DNA from: a virus
DNA length: 64,000 bases
Virus record (IMG/VR): IMGVR_UViG_3300027896_000002
Coordinates: 10,128-74,127 of that record
Strand: one strand, 5' to 3'
Below the pieces are notes generated by a model that was not told where the DNA came from, ran no database searches, and was given only the letters and a program-made list of their open reading frames with translations. The position numbers were made by a program, and so were the translations under genes. Positions 9,856-19,994 of this stretch are shown here, piece by piece (within the stretch, counting starts at the first letter, position 1; every line of letters starts with the position of its first letter).

Positions 9856-10643
9856 TTCTGATCGTCTCAAGGTTTGGTAGAATGAATAAATATCCAGATC
9901 AGGTTATGATGAGGAAAACATTGGCTGCTTTTTTAAGATCTCTGGACAATCAGACGGATAAGGGCTTCAGGGCTTTCTTAAGCTGCCATGATGTACCAGA
10001 GGGGTTCAATTATCCCTGGCTTGAATGGTGTTCGATGGCCGCTAACCCAGAGAACAGTGGCACAAAATACTGGAAACGATTCCCTATAAATCTAGATGAT
10101 CTTGGAGAAAGAATTGTCTGTACGTATGGCAGCAAAATTCAAGACTCTGGCCGTAAGGGGATTCACTCGGTGATAAAAGCAGGGCAATGGGCATATAGAA
10201 ATGGACTAAAAGATTTTTGGATAATGAGGATGGATAGCGACGACATGCTTGCAAAACGCACGATTGAAACTATTCACGCTCTTGATAAGCAAGGGATAGA
10301 GGCTATTTATAATAGACGCTGTCACATCTTTGACGCACGAACAAGAGAGATTGGGGAATATAATTACAGATCTTCTACAACCTGTAACGCTCTTAAGATG
10401 AGAATTGAGAAAAATATACTCCTGCGTTGGTTTTATCTTTGCACCAATCACACGAGATTTATCTCTGATGTGAGGAGAGATAAAATAAAATTTAAAGAGG
10501 TAGACTGGACTTATTGCATTGTCACTAATTCTAGGAATTCAATTTCTAGCAGGCCAACATTAACCGCAGAGAGATGGGCAAGGAAAATTGGCATGACGAA
10601 GAAATTATCAGATCGCTATGGCTTAGATCAGTTTGGGAGATAA
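9852..10643 (+). CDS. Putative glycosyltransferase (GT-A)
   Basis: SLDNQTDKGF, MRMDSDDML (DxD). Confidence 0.65.
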   Translation: MILIVSRFGRMNKYPDQVMMRKTLAAFLRSLDNQTDKGFRAFLSCHDVPEGFNYPWLEWCSMAANPENSGTKYWKRFPINLDDLGERIVCTYGSKIQDSGRKGIHSVIKAGQWAYRNGLKDFWIMRMDSDDMLAKRTIETIHALDKQGIEAIYNRRCHIFDARTREIGEYNYRSSTTCNALKMRIEKNILLRWFYLCTNHTRFISDVRRDKIKFKEVDWTYCIVTNSRNSISSRPTLTAERWARKIGMTKKLSDRYGLDQFGR

Positions 10644-11379
10644 CGTGATTGACATAATTGTTACAACGTATAATCGACTTCATTTTTTACAAAGTACTCT
10701 TGAAAGTCTTCTTGACAGCGTAACTAGTGAGCTGTTCAAACTTTATATCATTGATGATTGCAGCTTTGACGGGACGAGGGAATATCTTAGCAAGATGAAT
10801 AAATTTCTTGACATTTCTATCATCCTATCTGATGAAAGAAGAGGGGTCGTTCCAAACTTTAATTCTTTGTGGGATACAGTTATTTTAAATGAAAGGCATC
10901 CATTCTTGTGCTATCTGCAGGACGATATAGTTGCAGTGGAAAAAGATTGGCTTACCGTATTGACTGTGGCGTGGCACGAAATGAAAGACGCCTATAAGAT
11001 TGGTTTTTTGAGTGGGTATGATGCTCCAGAGCATCCAACAGAAAGAGAAATAATGTGGATGGGTCGAAATGTAAAGATTAAGAAGTCTACGTCAGGGCAA
11101 AATTTATTCGCTGATAAGAAGTTTTGGGCTTCTATAGGAAAGCCCCCTGAATTAAATTTTAATGGTTCGGTGCGTGGCTTTCCAGACAATGGTAAAGGGT
11201 CTAATATTGATGTCTGGTTTACAGGTTGTTATTCCTTGAGTAAATTTGACCAGAAAAATGCAGCTCCTAATTGTCTTTATAAGCAAGGCAAGAGGGTTAT
11301 GGTTATTCCAATGTTAAAGCATCTTGGCATTGAAAAAAAAGACTCAACTTGGCGACAAAATCGGGTCGGAGGGTTTTAA
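10633..11379 (+). CDS. Glycosyltransferase (GT2)
   Basis: IIVTTYNR, IIDDCSFDGT, YLQDD. Confidence 0.85.
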   Translation: MGDNVIDIIVTTYNRLHFLQSTLESLLDSVTSELFKLYIIDDCSFDGTREYLSKMNKFLDISIILSDERRGVVPNFNSLWDTVILNERHPFLCYLQDDIVAVEKDWLTVLTVAWHEMKDAYKIGFLSGYDAPEHPTEREIMWMGRNVKIKKSTSGQNLFADKKFWASIGKPPELNFNGSVRGFPDNGKGSNIDVWFTGCYSLSKFDQKNAAPNCLYKQGKRVMVIPMLKHLGIEKKDSTWRQNRVGGF

Positions 11380-11385
11380 GGAAAG

Positions 11386-12396
11386 ATGGGAAAAAGCGTA
11401 GCATATTTTGCTAACGGAATTGGAAATTTTATTATGATGATGCCTGCCCTGCAAGCAATGGCAACCTTGGCAGATAACAAGGTAGTAGACATCATTATAG
11501 ATAGCAATTGGGTTGACAACCGAAGACCCGCGGTCGAGGAGATCTGCACAGCTTGGCCTGTAATAGGAAAGATTATAAGGTATCCTAAACAAAAGTTCGA
11601 TAAAAATAGCTATGGGCACTGGTTCTTTACTGTTCATGGAATGACAAATGGCGCAGCCTCTATATTCCTTCCGAGAATGAAAAAGATTATTCCAAAACCC
11701 CACTGGAGATCTTCTCAAACGCATGAGAGAGATTATTATATGAATGTGGCGAGAGGGGTGGGGTACGAAGGTTTAGAACCAGAGATTCAGTTTCCATTGG
11801 CTAAGAATCCTATTGTTAATTTAACAAGGCCAATTATTGGTTTGTGCAATGGGTACTTTCGCACTTTTAATCATTATTGGGATAAAAAGGGATGGCAGTA
11901 TTTTCCAAGGTTGTCAGAAATTTTAGCACTGTATTTTGGTGGGTCTGTTGTTGGCCTTGGCCATGAGAATGAGATTCCAAAGGGGACAAAGCTTATTGTA
12001 GATTATGCAGGCAAACTTTCTATTTTGGAGACAGCTAAGGTTTTATCTCAGCTTGATTTGTTTATTACCACAGATACGGGGCTTATGCATCTGGCAGATG
12101 TACTTAATATCCCCACCATAGCAATGTTTGGGCCAACGCTTGTGACCAAAAACGGGATTAGGGGAGAGAATTCTTATGTTCTGCAAGCGGGCCTTAAGTG
12201 TGTCCCATGTCAGGAGACCTCAGCATATTATATGTGTAAGTTGAATGAATGCATGAGGTCTATTAAAACAGATGATGTGATGGCTAAGGCAAAAGAAATT
12301 TTGGGAGGACATGCCAATGAGCGAAGTTATCATAGCTGGAATTATAAAGTGGAGCGATCTTCAGAATTGGATAGAACCGTCTCCTCTGGATACTGA
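11386..12396 (+). CDS. Glycosyltransferase family 9 (heptosyltransferase-like)
   Basis: GIGN..M..PAL, FITTDTGLMHLA...PTIAMFGPT, CVPC...C...CM. Confidence 0.9.
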   Translation: MGKSVAYFANGIGNFIMMMPALQAMATLADNKVVDIIIDSNWVDNRRPAVEEICTAWPVIGKIIRYPKQKFDKNSYGHWFFTVHGMTNGAASIFLPRMKKIIPKPHWRSSQTHERDYYMNVARGVGYEGLEPEIQFPLAKNPIVNLTRPIIGLCNGYFRTFNHYWDKKGWQYFPRLSEILALYFGGSVVGLGHENEIPKGTKLIVDYAGKLSILETAKVLSQLDLFITTDTGLMHLADVLNIPTIAMFGPTLVTKNGIRGENSYVLQAGLKCVPCQETSAYYMCKLNECMRSIKTDDVMAKAKEILGGHANERSYHSWNYKVERSSELDRTVSSGY

Positions 12397-13000
12397 TCTC
12401 GGAAAGCTAACGCTGATCGGAGAGGGCGTTGTTTCTGACGCTGAAGATTATGTTCATGGAAAAATTAGTCGAGTTGAGGGTGAAATTGCCCATCTCGATG
12501 GGGGTAAAAATTATTTGACTTTACCTCATTTGAATGTCAGCAACGTTTTAATTTGGGAGGATATGAACAGGGTCTTTGGTAGTTCCACTTTGATCAATCC
12601 AAAAAGATATCAAGTTTATGGGCCGAGGGGAATTGCCAGAATTGGGAAGCCTAAGAGCCATTCGATAGGGGGTATTGCCTGGATGGATAGATTTTTCTCC
12701 GATTACTATTGGGATGATTTCTGGTTTGATAGATTTTTTGAGGGGAGGAGAGAATTTATTCATGGCAGGCTTGTAATAAAGGTTCGGTACGATGGGGGTT
12801 GGGATCAAGATACAGTTGAAAAAGGGTTGAAGCTTGCCATGATAACCCAGATTGGATATCGGTACAGAAGAAGAAAAGATCCTGGTCTTTCAACAGTGAG
12901 TTATCCAGATGGGTCGGTGACAAAAATGATGAACATCGATCAATGGCTTCCAGAGGTTAAAGCTACATTGAATAAGTATAAGAGGATATCGTTGATATGA
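12311..13000 (+). CDS. Head-tail connector/adaptor protein
   Basis: VRYDGGW...LKLAM...YRRR and LP.VK..L..YKR C-terminus; position. Confidence 0.7.
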   Translation: MPMSEVIIAGIIKWSDLQNWIEPSPLDTDLGKLTLIGEGVVSDAEDYVHGKISRVEGEIAHLDGGKNYLTLPHLNVSNVLIWEDMNRVFGSSTLINPKRYQVYGPRGIARIGKPKSHSIGGIAWMDRFFSDYYWDDFWFDRFFEGRREFIHGRLVIKVRYDGGWDQDTVEKGLKLAMITQIGYRYRRRKDPGLSTVSYPDGSVTKMMNIDQWLPEVKATLNKYKRISLI

Positions 13001-13656
13001 ATACATTAGATGTTGTCTATGAAAGTAAAATAGATATAAACCAGATCGCGCCATCGTTAACGAAAAAATTAGTTAGGACATTTGATCTTGGTGCTATTTG
13101 GCTGCAGAAACTTATTAGAACGGGATATATGAGTGGGCCAACGTCTGCTAAGTCGGTGAGCGTTAGAACTGGAGCTCTTAGGGCATCGGTGATACCGATT
13201 AAGACTGAAATCAAGGAAGATGCCGTTCAGGCAGGGGTTTCTATTGGTGGGAACATTTCACAAGGAGCAGGTACTCCAGCTGGTCGATATGCAGGGGTTC
13301 ATGTTGGAGGATATAGGTCTACTGTCATATCGGCAAAGAACAAAAAGTTTCTAACCATTCCCCTTACGGCTGCAAAAACTGGAGCAGGGGTAGCAAAAGG
13401 TTCAGCCTTAAGTGGTATTTGGGGTGAGACGTTTATTGCGAAGTCAAAGCAAGGAAATTTAATTATCTTTGGAAGAGAGAAGTTTGTCAAGGGGAAAAAG
13501 ATGGGAGAATTTAAGACGCCTATAGTTCCTCTTTTTCTTTTAAAGAAATCTGTTTCTGTACCAGGGAGAATTCATCCAAATGAAATTCTTGAGACCTTTG
13601 GCCGAAAATTAATTGGAGATTTATCAGCTCTCGGCATAGAAGACATAGGAAAGTGA
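12997..13656 (+). CDS. Neck/tail-completion protein (HK97 gp10-like)
   Basis: VRTGALRASV, YAGVHVGG; position. Confidence 0.6.
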   Translation: MNTLDVVYESKIDINQIAPSLTKKLVRTFDLGAIWLQKLIRTGYMSGPTSAKSVSVRTGALRASVIPIKTEIKEDAVQAGVSIGGNISQGAGTPAGRYAGVHVGGYRSTVISAKNKKFLTIPLTAAKTGAGVAKGSALSGIWGETFIAKSKQGNLIIFGREKFVKGKKMGEFKTPIVPLFLLKKSVSVPGRIHPNEILETFGRKLIGDLSALGIEDIGK

Positions 13657-14333
13657 AAATGGATAAGGTGATCTTAGCGATTGGTGGTGTGGTCATTAAA
13701 ACTGCTTGGGAAGAGTTGAAAGAGGTAGTCAGAAGCGAGAAAGTTGAGATCCTTGTTCATAACGGGGCTTCACTTTTTCATGACTTTCAGAGGGCAACGG
13801 ATAAAATTCTTGCAGCAGCTGGGATGCATTCATATCCGTTGGATGATCTTTTAATTAACAGAGAACTTGATCGACCTGCTGCTAATTTAGTTTGGAGTTG
13901 GATCAGGGGGGCACAGGCACCAGAAGCAAGCGTAACAAGGATTTGCGAGGAGATGAAAATTCCAACTCTTTGCTTCACGGCATTAGGATGTGATTTCTGG
14001 CAGCTTTTTGATCGAGGGTGGGATGAATTCGCGCAGAAAACAAAAAGGGATTTGGCTTTTTTGGCCAATAGGATGGTGGGAGGGCAGTTCCATTATCTTC
14101 TTCTTGGCTCTGCCGTGATTCACCCTGAGATATTTAGATCGGCAATGGCTCTTGCAAAGCCTGGAGTCTTTCGTGCTGATGTCGTGGATTTTAAGGATAT
14201 GTATCGGCCCCGGACAAGGGTTGCCAGGTATGGTTCTTATTATCAAACAGACTTTAAAACTTTTTTAAGAAAATGGCTTAATGAGGATAAAGTTATGCCA
14301 GGATTAGATTTTCAAGACGTAAGCAATCATTAG
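13653..14333 (+). CDS. Deoxyhypusine-synthase-like (NAD-binding fold) protein
   Basis: VHNGASLFHDF, LGSAVIHPEIF and YRP motifs recall bacterial DHS-like proteins; recognised from memory only. Confidence 0.45.
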   Translation: MKMDKVILAIGGVVIKTAWEELKEVVRSEKVEILVHNGASLFHDFQRATDKILAAAGMHSYPLDDLLINRELDRPAANLVWSWIRGAQAPEASVTRICEEMKIPTLCFTALGCDFWQLFDRGWDEFAQKTKRDLAFLANRMVGGQFHYLLLGSAVIHPEIFRSAMALAKPGVFRADVVDFKDMYRPRTRVARYGSYYQTDFKTFLRKWLNEDKVMPGLDFQDVSNH

Positions 14334-14342
14334 AGGTGAAAG

Positions 14343-14792
14343 ATGGCTAAGCCTGTAAAGACAGTTTTTATGGATCTTGTAGAGATAGCCTTGAAGGCAA
14401 CGATCTCATCTGACCATGATGTACAGAGGCGGCCAACTTTACCTATAGATCGGGATACTTATAAAGCCCCATTTATTAGGTTTGCATATACCACGTCAAA
14501 GAGGCGTAGGAATAACAGAGTGCAGCTTATAGAATTCGATCTACACGTTGAAGCTTCTATTGAGAGAACTGCCACAGACAGCGTGGATGTTGTTGGGGAG
14601 ATCTTGCAAGCAGATATAGAAAAGGCCTTGGCAGCGCTCGCCAATTTAAAGGTGAGTGGAAAACCTCAAATGAAAATTGAATGCACAGCAGATGATATTC
14701 TTTATTTTGACGATGAGTTAAAGGCTGGTATGGCAGTTTCAATTTATTCAATCACGTTAATGCATGAGTACGGGGATCCGTACAAATTCTAA
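14343..14792 (+). CDS. Putative tail terminator
   Basis: Size and position immediately before the tail tube gene; ends YGDPY. Confidence 0.55.
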   Translation: MAKPVKTVFMDLVEIALKATISSDHDVQRRPTLPIDRDTYKAPFIRFAYTTSKRRRNNRVQLIEFDLHVEASIERTATDSVDVVGEILQADIEKALAALANLKVSGKPQMKIECTADDILYFDDELKAGMAVSIYSITLMHEYGDPYKF

Positions 14793-14809
14793 AAAAGGAG
14801 GAAAGTAGA

Positions 14810-15337
14810 ATGGAACACACACCGCATGATGTTCAGTTATTGTCACTTGGCAAGGGGATTTTGAAGTTTGACCGGTTTGATGTCGATGGTCTTCCAACTG
14901 GGTTGGTTGATATCGGCAATGCTCCAACCTTCAACCTTACTATAACGGTTGATAAGTTAGAGCATCTTAGCTCGCGTGAAGGTGTCGCGACGATGGACGA
15001 TCAGGTTATTCGGTCGAGAAAGATGGAAGGTGATTTTGAGCTCGATGAACTGGGCCGTGAAAATCTTCGTCTTTGGTTGATGGGCAAGATCGGAAGTTTT
15101 GGCATTAAACCAATGACCGCGGGCGCGATTCAGGGAATGATTGATTTTATAGGAACGAGCGACGTTGGCCCTCGTTATCATTTCCAGGGATGGGTTGTCA
15201 ATCTCTTTCCAAAGGGCTCTCTCGGCTTGATCAGCACTGATTGGGGGAAGATGGGTTTTGATTTTACAATTCTTCAGGATTCGGTTGGGCATCCTGACAG
15301 TCCTTGGGGTGATTTGACCTTGTTGGGTCAATCATAA
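14810..15337 (+). CDS. Major tail tube protein
   Basis: LGKG.L.F, DIGNAPTFNL, PKGSLGLIS..WG motifs; strong SD. Confidence 0.8.
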   Translation: MEHTPHDVQLLSLGKGILKFDRFDVDGLPTGLVDIGNAPTFNLTITVDKLEHLSSREGVATMDDQVIRSRKMEGDFELDELGRENLRLWLMGKIGSFGIKPMTAGAIQGMIDFIGTSDVGPRYHFQGWVVNLFPKGSLGLISTDWGKMGFDFTILQDSVGHPDSPWGDLTLLGQS

Positions 15338-15350
15338 GATTCTAATTTAA

Positions 15351-15797
15351 TTGGAGGTTTTTATGAGAGAAGAATTAAAAAAATCCGAGGCTGAAGTAAT
15401 GTTTCCAGCGATCAGTCTCGATGGGTATCAGTTAAGGCCATGGACTTGGGATCAATTGATATCTGTTTTGCCAGATGTCATGAGTGCCATGGAAAAGGTG
15501 GAGACCCTTAAGATCAATTTTGATCAGATTGAAGCAATGGCTAATGACCCAAGGCAAAAGACAGAGCTGTTTAAACTTTTAGTCCCTGTCTTGATTGCAA
15601 TTGGCCCAATTGTTCTAAACATCATTGCAAAGACGATTGATGAGGATTTGGATAAAATTAAATCTTGGGACGCTTATAAAATTCTTAACATCGCTCTTGT
15701 GATAGCGATTCAGAATGCGTCTAGAATAAAAAACTCGGTCGGCCTCGTGGCAAGTCAGCTGGAGATGATTGGCCCGAGGCCTTTGCTGAAGCAATAG
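15351..15797 (+). CDS. Tail assembly chaperone (gpG-like)
   Basis: Between tube and tape measure genes; contains a slippery site. Confidence 0.75.
   Translation: MEVFMREELKKSEAEVMFPAISLDGYQLRPWTWDQLISVLPDVMSAMEKVETLKINFDQIEAMANDPRQKTELFKLLVPVLIAIGPIVLNIIAKTIDEDLDKIKSWDAYKILNIALVIAIQNASRIKNSVGLVASQLEMIGPRPLLKQ
15728..15734 (+). other. Programmed -1 frameshift slippery site A AAA AAC
   Basis: In-frame ATA AAA AAC; the -1 frame stays open (KLGRPRGKSAGDDWPEAFAEAIEFLISRGH...) into ORF 15803-16060. Confidence 0.8.
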
Positions 15798-15802
15798 AAT
15801 TT

Positions 15803-16060
15803 TTGATTTCAAGGGGCCATCGATTCGAGGATATCTTTAAGGTCTATACGGTTGATCAATTTTTTCTTCTTTTAGAGAAAGCAAGGGTCAATCGAAATAA
15901 GGAAATCCTCGAAGGCTCTTTTGGGGTGAGAGCGGCTTTAGGGGCAAATCAAAGAGAATGGAAGCAATACATTGATTCTTTGATGCCTCGTCCTGAGAAA
16001 GTCAAAGTTTCATCTAAGGTTGAATATCTGCAATTTAGGAGGTTGATGTCACATGGCTGA
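15803..16060 (+). CDS. Tail assembly chaperone frameshift extension (gpT-like)
   Basis: -1 frame relative to the 15351 ORF, reached through the slippery site. Confidence 0.7.
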   Translation: MISRGHRFEDIFKVYTVDQFFLLLEKARVNRNKEILEGSFGVRAALGANQREWKQYIDSLMPRPEKVKVSSKVEYLQFRRLMSHG

Positions 16061-18785
16061 TACCGAACTTGGCACGTTGATCCTGAGATTAAAAGCCGAT
16101 CTTTCTGATTTGAAGAAGGGGCTTAAGGACGCCGAGAATACTATCAAGGGATCTGTTGATACCCAGCAGAAAAGCGCTGGCACCCTTGGCCAATCTATTA
16201 TAGGCATAAAGACACAGTGGCTGGCTCTTGCGGCTGCCGCAGTTGCAATTGCGGCAACGATAAAAAAAGCCTTTGATTGGTCAGAGCTTGGGGCAAGGGC
16301 AGAGGCTATTCAAGAATCCTTTGACGCGATCACTAAAAGCTTTGATGTTAACGGGGCACAGCTTATCGCTAAAATTAAAGACACGGCGGGAGTTTATGTT
16401 AATGAAACTGAGTTGATGGTTTTTACGAATAAGCTTCTTGCCGAAGGCATTGCTGCAGCTGACATTCCAAAATTGTTTGAGGCCGCTCGGGTTGCTGCCA
16501 GGTTAATGGGAACTGACGTCAATGAGGCAATGACATTGGTAACACGGGCTGTCCTTACCTTTCAGACCAGAGGTTTATTCAGGCAAGCTTTCCCAATGGA
16601 ATCAGCAAAGGTTTTTGAAGTATATGCCACAGGCATTGGGCAAGACGTTGACATGCTTAGCACCTTTGCCAAGCAACAAGCAATGGTGAACGAGATCCTA
16701 AAACAATCAGCTGAAAAAATGCAGATACTTGGTGGCCCAGGAGGATTAGTTAGAAATCATTATGAAAATCTTCAATTGCTTAGTTCAGCTTACATGGAAG
16801 CTAAGGAGATGATTGGTAAGTTCATCGTTGATGGGGTCATGTGGCTTTCAGATGCCTTGGGAGGGCTTATTGGGATTGTTGAAAAAACCTATGAGAAAAT
16901 TACCTCTATTCCTAAGGCAATCAAGGGAGTTATTACCAGTGCTTCAGAATTTCTTGGAATAGCATCAAAAGCTCCTCCTCCGTTAGAACTTGCCACTAGT
17001 CATGGCGCTGCAGCCACTCCTGAGCTTGAACTTGCAGTTTCTCATGGTGCAGTTGATAAAGAAAAGAAGTCTTTGGTCGATGAAGACAAGCTTCAAAAGG
17101 CATTGACAAAATTGAGATTAGACGCTGAGAAGGCCCGTATCGACGCTGAAGGGCAGTTAAGAATTTATGGCCTTGAAGCCCAGCATAATCGAATCTTAAC
17201 TGAAGCGGCTAAGGTGGGGGAAGACACCCTTGAAATTGATTTAGCATTTGCTAAGAAAAAGGCCGCTATGGAATTAGCAAATACCCTGGCCTCCCTTAAG
17301 GCCCAAGAAGCAGCCGAGATGGCAACTGCTATCTCTGATAAAAAGACAAGAGAAATACCTGGAATTAAGGAAAAAATCAGACAGCAAGAATTAATCGCCG
17401 AGGGGAAATATCGAGAAGAAATAACCAAACTTGACTTGGATGAAGTAAAAAAGAGAAATGAAAGAAAGCTCGCCATTGATGAAGCTGCCACAAAAACTGA
17501 AATGTCTAATCAGCAAGCCGTTCTTGACCAGGCTCAAGATTATTACGACAGGCTTTTAATCTCTGCTAAGAACTTTTATAAGATCAAAGAAGATATTACT
17601 CTTTCAACCGGAACATCTGAGATCAGGATGCTTCAAGAGAGGCTTGACCTCGAAACTGATGAGGGAAAGAAAGCCGACCTTCGGGCACAAATCGCAGAAA
17701 AAATTAATGCCCTTGAAAAAAAGATCACCAGCGACCGGTGGGAGGGATATAAGGCACTTCAAGCTGAGGCTGACCTTCATAATCAAATTTTGCAAACAGA
17801 TACCAGTCGCCAGAACATGATGATTGACATGGCTCGGGAGAAATTTGAGATAACTGAGGCCGATGCCTTAACAAAAAGAATTCAACTTCAAAATGATCTC
17901 CTTTCAGCGTTGCAAGATCAATTAAATATTACCGATAAGATTAGTGACCCGAAAAAATATGCTGACCTTAAACTTGCGATCACTCAAACTACTGCCCAAA
18001 TTCAAACGATGAATATTTCACTTACCGAGCAAGTGGGGACGTTTGTCCAGCTTAGTGATTTGGGGATGAAACGGTATGCGGATAGTTTGCAGAAGAATCT
18101 TATCACTAACGTGGAAAATTTGGTTCCTAACGCCTTCGATACTGCCGGAAGCTCTGTCAAGGGGTTTATCAATAACCTTGTTGACGGGACAATGTCAGCA
18201 AGTGCAGCCTTAAAAGAAATGGCCAATAGTTTTGCAAAAGGTATATTGAATATGGTGGTTGACATTGGCCTTCTTATTGTAAAGATGGAGATTCTAAAAG
18301 CTCTTGGCTATGGTCAAGGAAGTACACCCGCTGCGGGTGAAAGTAGCTTAGGTGGAATGGGGGGTGGGAGTGGCATCCTTAACGTTGTTGTGGGGCTTAT
18401 TGGTAGCATATTTCAAGGTGGTGGTCAAGTTACTGGTCAATCTGGAATTGATAAAGTTCCAATTCGAGCTACTGTTGGAGAGTTTGTTATTCAACAATCT
18501 GCGGTTAAAAAATATGGATCAGGATTTATGGCAATGATCAACGAGGGAATGCTTGATGTTTCAAAATTAGTGGGAATATCTTCTCGACCACAACCTACTT
18601 TAGCTTTTGCCAGCGGTGGTGAGGTTACCTCTCAACCGACCCAAACGATGAAAAACGAAATTACCCTTATCAATGTCGTTGATTCAAGAGATATGGATAA
18701 ATGGGCAGCATCAGCGGCAGGTCAAAATGCGGTTATTAATGTTCTTAGTTCCAGATTAGCAACCGTAAAAAAGATTGTGAGGTAG
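16053..18785 (+). CDS. Tape measure protein
   Basis: 910 aa, helical and Ala/Leu/Lys-rich; LG.L..RL.AD N-terminus; C-terminal GG.V.G..G.D.VP...GEFVI. Confidence 0.92.
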   Translation: MADTELGTLILRLKADLSDLKKGLKDAENTIKGSVDTQQKSAGTLGQSIIGIKTQWLALAAAAVAIAATIKKAFDWSELGARAEAIQESFDAITKSFDVNGAQLIAKIKDTAGVYVNETELMVFTNKLLAEGIAAADIPKLFEAARVAARLMGTDVNEAMTLVTRAVLTFQTRGLFRQAFPMESAKVFEVYATGIGQDVDMLSTFAKQQAMVNEILKQSAEKMQILGGPGGLVRNHYENLQLLSSAYMEAKEMIGKFIVDGVMWLSDALGGLIGIVEKTYEKITSIPKAIKGVITSASEFLGIASKAPPPLELATSHGAAATPELELAVSHGAVDKEKKSLVDEDKLQKALTKLRLDAEKARIDAEGQLRIYGLEAQHNRILTEAAKVGEDTLEIDLAFAKKKAAMELANTLASLKAQEAAEMATAISDKKTREIPGIKEKIRQQELIAEGKYREEITKLDLDEVKKRNERKLAIDEAATKTEMSNQQAVLDQAQDYYDRLLISAKNFYKIKEDITLSTGTSEIRMLQERLDLETDEGKKADLRAQIAEKINALEKKITSDRWEGYKALQAEADLHNQILQTDTSRQNMMIDMAREKFEITEADALTKRIQLQNDLLSALQDQLNITDKISDPKKYADLKLAITQTTAQIQTMNISLTEQVGTFVQLSDLGMKRYADSLQKNLITNVENLVPNAFDTAGSSVKGFINNLVDGTMSASAALKEMANSFAKGILNMVVDIGLLIVKMEILKALGYGQGSTPAAGESSLGGMGGGSGILNVVVGLIGSIFQGGGQVTGQSGIDKVPIRATVGEFVIQQSAVKKYGSGFMAMINEGMLDVSKLVGISSRPQPTLAFASGGEVTSQPTQTMKNEITLINVVDSRDMDKWAASAAGQNAVINVLSSRLATVKKIVR

Positions 18786-18788
18786 TTT

Positions 18789-19994
18789 TTGAACATCGTA
18801 AGCGATTATCTTCTTCTTAAACCAAATTGGGTAGACCCTGTTAGTTATAAGAGGAAGTGGCAGACGAATATTCAGACAGGGTTAAAGGGGAGCGAGCAGC
18901 GGTCTGCACTTTTCACATGGCCAAGAAGGTCTCTGTCCTATTCGATACTTTCTTTGAATTATTCCAAGACGGCATCTTTGAAGAGGGTGCTCTATAAAAA
19001 TATGCATAATCTTCTGGGAATTCCCTTTTGGCAAGATGGAACTGTCCTGTCGTCTCAAGCTGCTTTTGGGCAGAAGGTCTTAAACGTTAGATCTACTATA
19101 AATAGAAATTTTGAGGTTGGGGGTTTATGTGTCTTGGTTAATTCAGAGGTCAATTTTGAGGATGGGATCATTGACGTTATGTCAAGTACCCAGATCACGT
19201 TGCATAGCAACCTCGCCCACACGTGGCCGATTGGCACGGAAGTTTATCCTGCTATGATTAGTCGAATTCAACCAAGTCAGCAGATTGATATGGCTACCTC
19301 TCTTTACGGAAAAATGAAGATTGATGCTGAAGAAGACTATTATGCTGGAATCGTCAGGCATATTGGTGGAGATGAATCATTTTCATTTTATAAGGGGTCT
19401 CGGGTATTTGACTGCCAGCCGAATTGGAGTTCTGAGCTTAACTACAAGCTCTATCACCCTTATGAGCGGCTTGCGTTCTTGGGCAAAACTTTCTCGATGA
19501 CTCATTATGATGAGACGGCAATTGGTTTAAATGTTCCGTATACCAAATTCAATAAAGCGTCAATTCAGAAGATCATTGACTTTTTTGACAGTCGAAAGGG
19601 AAGGTGGGGAAACTTCTGGATGCCAACATGGCAGAACGACATGATTGTCACTGCTCCTTTTTTAGCGTCAGATAATATCTTGAACATTCGCACGATGGAT
19701 TTTTCCTCTTACTGGCTTGCTGGGGCGATGGGTTCTTATATCATTATCTTCTGGCCTGACTGGACATTTGCGTGTGGAAAAGTAGTTGATGCCACCGCAA
19801 CGACTATTACTTTAGAATCAGTGATTGGAAAAAAGTGCGTTGCTAATCAACGATCACATCTTTTGGTTTGTTTTCTTCTGTGTTCAAGGTTCGATCAGGA
19901 TGAGATTGAAGTCGGATATTTGACCTCTGAGGTTGCTAACGTTAGTCTTTCCTCTCGAGCCTTGTTTGATGAAGTGTCAGTGATGGAATCATGA
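18789..19994 (+). CDS. Distal tail/baseplate protein (GTA-like)
   Basis: EQRSAL..PRRSL, FF..RKGRW..FW.PTW. Confidence 0.65.
   Translation: MNIVSDYLLLKPNWVDPVSYKRKWQTNIQTGLKGSEQRSALFTWPRRSLSYSILSLNYSKTASLKRVLYKNMHNLLGIPFWQDGTVLSSQAAFGQKVLNVRSTINRNFEVGGLCVLVNSEVNFEDGIIDVMSSTQITLHSNLAHTWPIGTEVYPAMISRIQPSQQIDMATSLYGKMKIDAEEDYYAGIVRHIGGDESFSFYKGSRVFDCQPNWSSELNYKLYHPYERLAFLGKTFSMTHYDETAIGLNVPYTKFNKASIQKIIDFFDSRKGRWGNFWMPTWQNDMIVTAPFLASDNILNIRTMDFSSYWLAGAMGSYIIIFWPDWTFACGKVVDATATTITLESVIGKKCVANQRSHLLVCFLLCSRFDQDEIEVGYLTSEVANVSLSSRALFDEVSVMES

Noticed and set aside
3919-12396. Host LPS island or Gtr-type serotype conversion locus
   Set aside because: No membrane flippase/polymerase genes, and the cluster overlaps or abuts capsid and neck genes
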